Of a DNA stretch of 64,000 nucleotides, positions 51,920-64,000 are shown in pieces. A program made the translations under genes and the position numbers. The stretch is from Eledone cirrhosa (taxonomy: Eukaryota): NCBI GenBank assembly GCA_964016885.1, contig OZ024740.1, forward strand, positions 328,042,001-328,106,000. Direction: 5' to 3'. The notes beneath the pieces were generated by a model. The model saw nothing but the letters and a program-made list of their open reading frames with translations. It was not told the origin of the DNA and made no database searches. How positions within the stretch are numbered: position 1 is the first letter of the stretch; each line of letters opens with the position of its first letter.

Positions 51920-52912
51920 CAAGTTTTCATTTAGTTTGAATTATGTCAGTTTTAACTCTAATCACCCCAGATCTGTTAAAAATACATAGTGAACTCTGTT
52001 CAAGAACGTATCTCAAGAATTTCATCTAATAAAAATATTTTCGACGAAAAAGCGCAGTATTACAATGAAGCGTTAGCTAGAGCAGGATATAGTGATAAAA
52101 TTATGTACATCGATAATAATAGGCAAACTAACCAATATAACAACAATTTTAATTACGGTAACAACTTTAACAACTATAATAGAAAACATTACAATAATTC
52201 CAAAAGCCAGAAAAGAAATAGAACTAGAAATATAATATGGTTTGCCCCCCCCCCCTCTTTCTCACTAAATATTAAAACCCACATTGCTAAACTATTTTTT
52301 AATGCTCTTGACAAACGCTTCCCTAGAACACATAAATATCACTCAATTTTTAATAGACATACTATAAAATTAACTTACTCGTCCACTAAAAACTTAGCAC
52401 AAAATATTAACAGAATAAATAATAGGAATCTAAAACCTAGCCAAAATACCGATAATAGCCTAAACAATATTCAATTAAACAACGGTAACTGTAGAAATAA
52501 ATCTAAATGTCCGTTAAATAACAATTGCTTAGTTAAAAATATAATATACAATTGTAATGTTAAAACTGACTTAAATTCTTTTAACTATGTTGGTTCCACC
52601 TCGACAGAATTTAAACTTCGCTATAATAATCATAAGAATTCTTTCACAGATCCAGGCAAAAAATCTTCAACTTCACTATCAGGCTTACTCTGGCAACTTA
52701 AACATGATAACGTTGGATATTCGTTGTTTTGGAATATAGTCTCAAGAGGGATTCCTTTTAATTCCTCATCTGAGACATGTGACCTCTACGTGGAGGAGAT
52801 ATTCTTTATATTAAAATCTAAAAATTCTCTTAATCTAAGGAGCAATTTATTCAGTTGCTGCAGACATAGATTGAACTCAACGTTTAAATATAAATATAAA
52901 TTTAAAATGTAG
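51920..52912 (+). pseudogene. 5'-truncated PLE ORF (RT C-terminal region, Cys-rich linker and GIY-YIG endonuclease), Naiad-like clade
   Basis: SNHP (frameshifted)...RISRISSNKNIF..YNEAL...RNIIWFAPP...IFNRHTIKLTYS...NCRNKSKCPLNNNCL..NIIY...YVGST...FKLRYNNH...LNLRSNLFSCCRH. Confidence 0.88.
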
Positions 52913-53436
52913 TATATTTAGTTAAGATATTTATTTAATTAATTATGAAACATGACGATAAATCTTTCGATTCCTTCAACTTTTTCTTTTTTAAACCTTC
53001 TTCATAAATATATACTAATGATGTAATTAAACTACCCTAAAATGTTGATGCTCCCAATCTATTGAATAAATTTTACGCTAGATAAACTTCTATACTAAAT
53101 ATAAGAGCATCTGTAGAACAACAGGTCTCCTAAATCTTTTAAATGATTTCTGCTAAATAAGTCTTGTTGAATAATTTTGGTTTTTTGTTTGCTTTTGATT
53201 CTGATTGCTTCTAATGAACTTGGCAATATATTGTCAGATAAATTGGAAGGGTTGATTTCTGTGGTCGATATGGGGGGCATACTGTGTTTTTTTAAGGCCC
53301 TAGACACTCTAGGGAGTGTTGAAAGTATTCTTAGCGTTTTGATATATTGATATCTGTTGTCTATTCTATACATGAACGATAATCATGTATGTGAGGGCAA
53401 GAATATTAATATTAATATATATTTTATATTTTTATG

Positions 53437-53483
<47 letters not shown>

Positions 53484-54263
53484 AAATCTTTTATAACGCA
53501 AAGGAAAATTTTTTCATGTGAAATAAGAAATTACAGAGCTGATCACGTATGCTCACGTGTATATCTATAGTGTCAACTAGAACTTGAGATGACCTTCTCT
53601 TTTTCTCTTTCTTTCTTTTTCCGGAAAGTACATATATACTTATGTATTTTGAAGTTTTATCTCAGGTTTTTGATATATCGACCTAATAATTTTTAAACTA
53701 AACATATGGTCATTATTTTTCACACATTATATATCTATGTCTCATTCATGAATATTGATATTTACAGTATAATACCCAATTCATATAAATTGATAATTCA
53801 AATTGATAGGACATAACGTAAAGTTGTAAATTTGTCATCCTTCTCTCTAGATATAGCTTTCTTCTCCTCCCTCTATACATGATGTAATCTATGTATCGCT
53901 GTTTTCTCTTTAGTTATTTTTTATTTTTCTCCGTCTCCTTAACACTATAACTAAATAAATAAATAAATGTACTCCCTCCCCCCTAAATCTATCATTTTGC
54001 ATGTTGAATTATTATTATTCATCTGTTATCTCAGCTGCCTCTCATTTTTCACCTCCTCACTATTTCTCTCTCCCATATCTCTCTCTCTCTATCTCTCTCT
54101 GTTTTGCTTTACATACATTTATTCCTTCTCTCCGTCTTTCTTTCTAACTGTACTTAACACTAAATATTTACAAACATTTCACTACCAAACCAACTTTTTT
54201 AAATGGAAGTTGATCAATATTTTATGGTACGTCAAATTTATTTATAAAACTGCTTATATATTG

Positions 54264-54329
54264 TATTTTATCTGAAGAAGGCATGCCATATTTTTAATAT
54301 GGTATCCCTGAAATATGTATAATGAAATA
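54264..54329 (+). ncRNA. Type I hammerhead ribozyme in PLE pLTR remnant (~53480-54370)
   Basis: tattttat CTGAAGA agg-catgccatat..atatggtatc-cct GAAA tatgta TA atgaaata; 8-bp stem I. Confidence 0.82.
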
Positions 54330-54370
54330 AATATGGTTTTATAAATATAGTTTCCATTTGTTTAATATCG

Positions 54371-56200
<1,830 letters not shown>

Positions 56201-59200
56201 CTATCTATCTAAGGCGGGTAAAATTCCCGAGATCCATGGACGAGTTCTCTCCAGCGGTCTCTGTCCCTCATTATCGCTGCCATGTCCTGCGTCTCCAACA
56301 GACCAGTGTCTGTCCTTAGGGCATCAACATATGTTAACCTTGGTCTTCCTCTTCCAGTGTGTCCATGTAGGGGCTCCCAAAGGAGCACGGAGTGCAATGT
56401 CAACTCTGGATGTCGGTGAGCATGTCCAGCCAACCTCAGTCTCCTCTGTGTCACTTTTGAGCTGACTTTTGGGAGGCTCCCATACAGCTCTGAGTTTTTC
56501 ATCCTCAGTGTATACTGATTAATGTTCAGAGCCATCCTCAGCATTCTCGTGTAGCATCCATCCACCATCTGAGTGAGTCTCTTGGTCAGTGTCCAAGTCT
56601 CAGACCCACACAGCAGCACAGACTCCACTACAGCAATGAAGAGGCGGATTTTCAGGTCTCTACGAAGGTCCGACTTCCACACCGATCTCAAGCTGTGGCA
56701 CGCCGCCCAGGCCTTGCTCTTCCTCTCAACCACATCATCTTCCGTATTCCCAATCTTTGCTCCCAAATACAGGAAGTCCTCAACCAATTCCAGCGGCTTC
56801 CCGCCTACATTAGTGATCCCCTCTGGCTTCTCAACATTCTCTACCAGATATTTTGTTTTAGTCTCATTCATTCTCAGCCCCACACTCATCGACACAGTCT
56901 CAACCTCCCGCATCAAATCCTCTGCCTCCTTCACTGTATTTGTCACCAAAACTATGTCGTCGGCAAATTCAACATCCGATACCTTTTTCGCCCCAACTCT
57001 CCTGCTCTGAGCCGGTGCTACAGTAAAGCCAGAGTCCTGGTGTTTCTCCAGTGCAAGGCGCATACAATAGTCCACTACGATGATAAAAAGGTAGGGAGCC
57101 AATGTATCTCCCTGGAGCACTCCAGCCAGTATCTCAAAGAACTCTGTCATCCCATCAGGTGTAATGACTTGGGCTTTGGTGTTGGTGTAGAGCAGTGATA
57201 TCAGGTCCACTATCCTCTTGGGGATTCCATAAGCCTGTAAGATCTTCATCAGGCAGTAACGGTCCACAGAATCAAAGGCCTTCCTAAAGTCAATGAAAAT
57301 CATGACCGCAGGAAGGCACTTTGCTCTAGCTCCCTCTAATATCCTCCTCAGCATCAGGATGTGACTGGTGGTTGATCTACCCTCTCTGAAGCCGTTCTGG
57401 TTGTCCCTGAGCTTCTTCTCCATCTCAGGCTGGATCCTGTTAAGAATCATCCTGTTGAGGGTCTTTGCCACAAGTGACGTCAGTGAGATCCCTCGGTAGT
57501 TGTTGGTGTTAGAGAGATCTCCCTTCTTTGGCACTGGGACGATGTTACTGATCCTCCACTGATTCGGGGCAACTCCTTTCTCCAGTGCCCCGTTACAGAA
57601 CCCCAGGATGATATCATCAAAATCACACCACTTCATCACCTCTGATGCTACTCCATCTTCTCCATGAGCCTTGCCCTCCTTGATCTTCTTCTTGGCTCTC
57701 TGAAGCTCCTCTCTGGTGAAGGGCTCTGTCTCAACATCCAGTTCCTCAAACAGCCGCCTGATCTCCCCAGTGCTCTGGGCTGTGGAGGGTGGCTCTCCTA
57801 GTAGGGTCCTAAAATGGTCTAGCCATTTCCTCTTCCTATCCTCGGGCCCCGTTCCCTGGATCTGACTCGAACACCTTTTCTTCCTCCCTGTGATCTCGTT
57901 GATGATCATCCAGCTCTCCTTACATCCAGATCTGTCAACCGCTCTCTCCACACTTCTGATCTTCTCTATCAGTGCCTCCTCTCTGACCTCAGTGTAAGCG
58001 GTACAGAGCTCTTCCCTCATCACCTCCACAGTCTCCATCCTCTCCTCCGTAGGATCAGCATAGAATTGGTCCCTGGCAGCTTTCAGGTGTTCTCTGGCTG
58101 CACACACTTTTGGGTCTGCAGAGCTGACGTGCTTCCCTTTGTTCTTTTTCCTCGGCACCAGGGTTTCACTTGCTTTCGCCACTGCATTGGTGAAGTGCCC
58201 GTACCTCCTCGTCACACTCTCCTCAGTCCATCCAATCTCTCTCTCCTCTGACTCTCCACACAGAGCACTAAACCTGTTTCTCACTTCCACTGTGAACCTC
58301 TCCTGTAGCTTATCATCTTCCTTGAAAGCTCCCCAGTCATAGATTGTTCTCCGGGGCTGAGCCTTGCTCTTTCTTAAGCTCACGCGGACCTCACTCATAA
58401 CAAGCCGGTGGTCACTACCCAGTGTACTGAAATAGCTGTATGGTTCCGTGTTCAGAACACTATTCCGCCACTTTTTCCTCACCAGAATGAAATCAATCTG
58501 GGACTTGGACAGGTGCACATCTGAGATGTAGGTCCACATCTTCCCCAGATTCTTCCTAAACCTTAGGTTGGTCGCCATCAAGTTCGCCTCCAGCAGGGTG
58601 TCTCTCAGTAGTCTTCCATTTCGGTTGGTGTTGTTATGGAAGTACCAGCAAGGATCTTCACTGCCCTCCTTACTCAGATGTGCATTGAAGTCCCCCAAAA
58701 CAAGCAGGATATTGTGTGCCTGAGTGGTGTTGACAGCTCTACACACTTCCTCATGGAACTCCTCGGCATTCACATCACTGTCCCCCTCGGTTGGACTATA
58801 GGCTGAGATGACTGTCAGTCTTGGGTTTCCATTGAAGGTCACCCTCAACACTCGCGGGGAGATAGGCATTATTTCCCTCACCAACAGATTGGTTTTTGCA
58901 CTGAACACAAAACCCACTCCTCCTACTGCAGCATTTGTTGTGTTCTTCACTGCCGATGTAGTGATGAGCTGGCTCTTCCTCCCGATCATCACACTCCTCA
59001 CGGGCTCATCGTGTAGAATCCTGTGTTCTTGGATCGCAAGTATCTGTATACCACTCTCCTCGAACAGATGTCCCAACTCCTCTCTCTTCTCCAGCGTTCG
59101 AATAGTCCTCACATTCAAAGTGCCCATTTTGATGGCTCTTCTGCAGGACAAAACTGCATTCTTTATATTTGTCTCAGAGACAGCTGATCCATCATCCACT

Positions 59201-59517
59201 GGCCCTCTCTGTGGCTCTAAGCCAGCAGAGTCATAACGACCAGGCTGCTCCTTGACAGTGTAATTAGGGGCTCTAACCCTAGTGCTGTTAGATCGACTCT
59301 CCATATTTCTTTTCAATGGCTGACAATACCTTACCGGCGCCACTCGAATAAGGTAGTTATTTAACCCATAAATGGAGCCCTAACAGGTACTACCACCCCG
59401 GGCCAGGGCAGACCTGGGAGTCATGACAACTAAGGGGTAACTCCATATTCCCCACATCTCCTGAACTCCCGAACTGGAGCCTTGCCACTGGATGTAGTTT
59501 AATGTCATACCCAAGAC
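56201..59517 (-). mobile_element. Full-length RTE-clade non-LTR retrotransposon inserted in (TA)n
   Basis: ~210-nt 5' UTR, single intact ORF, (TAGA)n tail at the stop codon, TA arrays on both sides. Confidence 0.93.
56209..59304 (-). CDS. RTE ORF: APE endonuclease plus reverse transcriptase (1031 aa from first ATG; GTG at 59343 is an alternative start)
   Basis: APE motifs GTLNVRT, AIQEHR, SAYSPT, GDFNAH, QIDFIL, SDHRL; RT motifs [43 protein letters not shown]; RTE C-terminus [16 protein letters not shown]. Confidence 0.95.
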   Translation of the reverse strand: MESRSNSTRVRAPNYTVKEQPGRYDSAGLEPQRGPVDDGSAVSETNIKNAVLSCRRAIKMGTLNVRTIRTLEKREELGHLFEESGIQILAIQEHRILHDEPVRSVMIGRKSQLITTSAVKNTTNAAVGGVGFVFSAKTNLLVREIMPISPRVLRVTFNGNPRLTVISAYSPTEGDSDVNAEEFHEEVCRAVNTTQAHNILLVLGDFNAHLSKEGSEDPCWYFHNNTNRNGRLLRDTLLEANLMATNLRFRKNLGKMWTYISDVHLSKSQIDFILVRKKWRNSVLNTEPYSYFSTLGSDHRLVMSEVRVSLRKSKAQPRRTIYDWGAFKEDDKLQERFTVEVRNRFSALCGESEEREIGWTEESVTRRYGHFTNAVAKASETLVPRKKNKGKHVSSADPKVCAAREHLKAARDQFYADPTEERMETVEVMREELCTAYTEVREEALIEKIRSVERAVDRSGCKESWMIINEITGRKKRCSSQIQGTGPEDRKRKWLDHFRTLLGEPPSTAQSTGEIRRLFEELDVETEPFTREELQRAKKKIKEGKAHGEDGVASEVMKWCDFDDIILGFCNGALEKGVAPNQWRISNIVPVPKKGDLSNTNNYRGISLTSLVAKTLNRMILNRIQPEMEKKLRDNQNGFREGRSTTSHILMLRRILEGARAKCLPAVMIFIDFRKAFDSVDRYCLMKILQAYGIPKRIVDLISLLYTNTKAQVITPDGMTEFFEILAGVLQGDTLAPYLFIIVVDYCMRLALEKHQDSGFTVAPAQSRRVGAKKVSDVEFADDIVLVTNTVKEAEDLMREVETVSMSVGLRMNETKTKYLVENVEKPEGITNVGGKPLELVEDFLYLGAKIGNTEDDVVERKSKAWAACHSLRSVWKSDLRRDLKIRLFIAVVESVLLCGSETWTLTKRLTQMVDGCYTRMLRMALNINQYTLRMKNSELYGSLPKVSSKVTQRRLRLAGHAHRHPELTLHSVLLWEPLHGHTGRGRPRLTYVDALRTDTGLLETQDMAAIMRDRDRWRELVHGSREFYPP

Positions 59518-60141
<624 letters not shown>

Positions 60142-60489
60142 GGTTTTCTAAAAAGAGACGGAGGAGAACGACAGTTAAATAAGGTATCCAGTGCATTCGT
60201 AAAGAACGTACATATTTATTTCTACAAGTCATTACTGATGATTTTAAACGAATGAAATACTTCTAATCATGTTAAAGTTACTTATATATATATATATGCA
60301 GGTTAATTTAATAGAACATATTTTCTGATATTCAATGATTCATTTATTGAATACTGGAAGGTTTTACACGTGTTTCGATACGTCTCAGCAAACGGCCTAT
60401 ATAATCTACATTATTACGTAACTCATTATTCTCCATTATCCGATAGCACGCAACGTACTCTAGAGAAAATTCCTAGAATTATATATATA

Positions 60490-61050
60490 TTATACTTATA
60501 AAAGGAAGTTTGTTTGTTTGTACGTTCACCCCTAATAACATGAAATAAAATAGGTAATGATTTTGGTTTTTCATGTGTTTTCGACTTATTCAACCTCCAG
60601 CATACCTGCAATCACCCCTTTCACAGAAATCGGAATGGTGGAGAGGTAGGGGGTCCCTAGGATTTTCCCAGTCACGGAGATTTCTTCAGTCGCTATTTTT
60701 CTTTCCAAGGTCTTTTCATTTGGTTTCGACCGATCTGACAACCCACTCACTCACCAATAACTCTCCTTTTCCGAAAACTGAGGCGGGGAGGGAAGAGGGC
60801 CCTCGGCGTTACAGATAATCACCTCCCAACCTTTTAAATTCATAGAAAAGTACTTGCTGGGGATTGCGAAAAAAGTTGTTTTTTCTCATGTGTTTTCAAC
60901 TAATCTGACTTCCAACATTATCGCAATTGCTTTTTTTGTCCTAAAAACGGAATGGTGGATAGCCACGTATCACCAAACCCAATTCAAGAACCAACATACA
61001 ATTTCACGGTGACATCACTTTTGTAAAGTTCACTCGAAAACTTCTGAAAC
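60490..61050 (+). mobile_element. Possible Helitron-like non-autonomous element
   Basis: Starts tatacttataaaaggaagtttgtttgtttg; degenerate internal direct repeat ~60567-60642 vs ~60880-60960. Confidence 0.4.
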
Positions 61051-61199
61051 TCGGTGAAGGCAAAATATCCCTTGATACTGAAGGATATTTTGATCCTTCA
61101 TCATTTTGTACTGTTGTGGAAAGCGTTGATAGCTTCAAGTGTTCCCCAATTTCAAGGAGTGGCTGTGTAAAAAAAGCAATCATTGCCCCTCAAAAAAAA

Positions 61200-61809
61200 A
61201 AAAAAAACCAACAAAAAACCCCATGAAAGTTCAGATTGCCGGTCCAGCAAAAATAAAAAATTAGGATTGGTGCTCTGAAATAGCGATGTATACATGAATG
61301 TATGTATAGTATATTTGGCAATATACCGTATGTTTAATTAAACACATTTTGAAGACCTTGCACTATCATTTTAAAGTAGTGACTATGTCACTTACTTCTT
61401 TTTTCGGCAAAGGAAGGGAGAGAAACTGACATATTCTGTTTCACACTGCTGGTGATTCTCCGTCAAAAATTATAGAGGCTGGATTCTTATAGAATCCTAA
61501 TTTTTAATTCTTGCTGGACCGGCAATTGCTCTGTATAATCAGTTCCTGATTATTACTGGATTTCTATAAGAATCCAGCCTCTATAATTTTCGGCGGAGGC
61601 GGGGAGTACGTTGCTCTGAGGGTCACCAACAGTGTGAAACAGAATATGTCAGCTTCTCTCCCTTCCTTTGCCGAAAAAAGAAGTAAGTGACATAGTCACT
61701 ACTTTACACAAGGTCTTCAAAGTGTTTTTAATTAAATATACGGTATATTGCCAAATATACTATACATACATTCATGTATACATCGCTATTTCAGAGCACC
61801 AATCCTAAT
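61200..61809. mobile_element. Fold-back PLE remnant with degenerate hammerhead (61613-61653, plus strand)
   Basis: Arms ~61260-61495 / 61562-61809; gct CTGAGGG t-cac-caaca-gtg-t GAAA cagaatatg TC agc (A9G change). Confidence 0.75.
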
Positions 61810-62299
61810 ATATATATATATATATTTGCTGACCTGCGATTCTTTCTTTAGACATTCTAATCCATAGCTCCGTAGCTATGATCCCTTGATGCGGCGATGT
61901 AGTGGCTCTAACTGGTGTGACTCCCTGATCTTCGGGCTACGCAACCTATAGAAGAACTCCATGTCGGCCGCTTATATTCGTGATTGTACTATTTTGGTCA
62001 TTACCATAGGTAATAACCAAGAGTATATATATATATATTATGCTATTTATTTATGTGCATGCACGGAACAAAACTCTACCTAAGGTTTCAAAGCCAATCA
62101 GTGACCATATCTTCAGAATGTATGAAAGATAACAACTGTGGCCTAATCTTCAGGCGTTTATATATATCATTACTAAACTACATCAGTCATCCAAATACTG
62201 TTGCTTGAGAAGAAATCAATACACTGAATACATGATGGTTTTCAAATAAAACAGGTAATACAAGATGTAAAAGTAATACCACCAAACTAAACTAATTTT

Positions 62300-63350
62300 G
62301 CTCTATAGATAACTCTCACCTACACATTCTTCACAAAGTCAACTACAACACCTTTTCCTCAGACATCATCTTTTTCTCTACATACCTTTGACAGCTACTT
62401 GACAAACAATGTCCTAATTATCATAACACATTTACATGTCAATGAAGAGAGCAGAAACCTTTTACAAACTTCAAAAAAGTCCAGTAGAACGAGTTCTGCA
62501 AAGAAACATGATCAAGGCTTTCGGAATTCCATTGCATCACAGTCACCAACAAAACACTAAAATAATGATATACTCATTCCCAAAACACATCCCAAAAGAT
62601 AGCACAACTATTCAACCCCAATTACAAATCAGAAATAGCAAACACAACCTCATTGCACCAACACCACATACGACATACAACATCAAACAACTAAACAAGG
62701 AAGTAACACGGAAAAATCAAGTTTAAACCAGAAAAACAAAGAAAGAAAACAAAACCCAAAAATTGTTGCATCATATTTTTGTCATATATGTTGCATCCAA
62801 TATATATGATAAAAACAATACAAATGAAAAACCCTCATAAAAGAATATACGGAATAATTAGTAATACCACCACCACCTCCACCTCCACTCACAACATCTA
62901 CATCACATTCCATGTCAATATTACAAACTCAATATAATCACGCCCCAACACCAAGCAAAAGCTCTTATTATAGAGTTGTGAAAACTCAGCCACACAAAGG
63001 CAAACACACACACACACACAAAAGAACACGAAACTGAAAATACGCACCTTTCACCTAGTCCATTATTTTGACCCCTTCTTTCCACCGGACACCTAGAATG
63101 CAATAGGGAAATCTCAAAAGCCTCAGGACCAAAAAAACAAATCGCAAACATACACCTAAATATCTAGGACCCTAGAGTATCCACTCTACTCGTGAACATA
63201 TAAAACTACTCTTACTAACACTGTCAAATCTCTGGATACTGGATCAGATCATAACAATTATAAAGCTTAATATAAAACCATCCTCTGAAACTCTATGAGG
63301 ATTACTCCTTGACATCACTCAGCTACATACCCCCTCTCCAAATTACAACA
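62300..63350 (+). mobile_element. Possible highly degenerate LINE 5' region
   Basis: A/C-rich strand bias; broken peptides such as ILQ..N and LLVNI hint at an APE domain. No intact frame. Confidence 0.25.
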
Positions 63351-64000
63351 CTGATTCAGACTAGTACACACAATCTCCACACAACTCATAAACCACAAAT
63401 ATATACGTTGTAGCCTAAAAGAAAACTAATTATCTTACACATATAAGCAAACCTTTCAATTCCATTTTTCTCTATGCTATCATCTACTCTCAGGTTCAAA
63501 ATGATAGGGGAGTGGGGTTGTTTTGGAAAATCGATAACTTTTCTAAATTGACTCCATTGATTTTTTTAAAAACCAGAATTAGTCATTTAGTTTACATATT
63601 GTGACCCTAACCCATCCTATTTATTTTACAACGCATGAGATATTCTTTTTTGGCATGTGTAATATTTTTTTCAATCTCGAAAGAAAATTAATTGTAGCAG
63701 GAATGCTACCACTTAAAGTAAAATGTCGCCGGAGGTAGATTAGCAATATTTAATTGGTGGGAGAGGGAGGGATAAAAGCGGTGTCTGTGTGTAAACAATG
63801 TGAACAATTAATAAGCGTGAGGTGGAAAGGGACGATTATTCGAGACCCGAGAGTAATACATAAAATGTTCAACATCACATTAAGAAACAACACAAAGCAC
63901 TTCTGGCTAGCAATCTAACGTACAAGGTCAATAGTTCTAGAATTTCCAATTTCCCAAATAGCGTACGACGTTGATTCGCCTTCTCATCAACATTTCAACT

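Noticed and set aside
52940-53055. SECIS element after the Naiad-like ORF
   Set aside because: ATGA...AA...GA candidates lack an adequate helix II, and the ORF has no in-frame TGA.
53095-53373. 92-aa minus-strand ORF
   Set aside because: No recognisable domain or splice context; could be TE-derived but unsupported.
56573-59236. Plus-strand ORFs overlapping the RTE
   Set aside because: Antisense shadows of the RT ORF, with no recognisable motifs.
61825-62015. Possible exon (GC-richer island with AG/GT-like ends); similar islands at ~9050-9500 and ~20700-20860
   Set aside because: No convincing open frame or protein similarity by eye; needs RNA-seq.

Overview
Repeat-dominated eukaryotic DNA, most likely from an octopod cephalopod. 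This is inferred from the SINE/RTE repeat types and the huge (TA)n arrays, not from a database hit. The only host-gene signal is one minus-strand collagen (Gly-X-Y) exon, 12157-12580. The rest is mobile or simple-repeat DNA: very long interrupted (TA)n arrays, an apparently intact RTE-clade LINE (56209-59517), a 5'-truncated RTE, an internally deleted mariner, a hAT-like MITE, Helitron-like pieces and tRNA-derived SINEs. There are also more than a dozen short Penelope-like element (PLE) remnants inside (TA)n, most of them fold-back (inverted pLTR) insertions carrying type I hammerhead ribozymes. The most notable observation is a covarying bulged hairpin (RYUC-stem-loop-stem-UH-GARY) downstream of the hammerhead in several sequence-divergent PLE families. 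The inverted arm of the insertion stops 2-11 nt before this hairpin, while the main arm runs about 40-70 nt past it, suggesting a shared RNA signal that positions reverse-transcription initiation. All alignments and folds were done by eye. Almost all ORFs in the supplied track are microsatellite artefacts.
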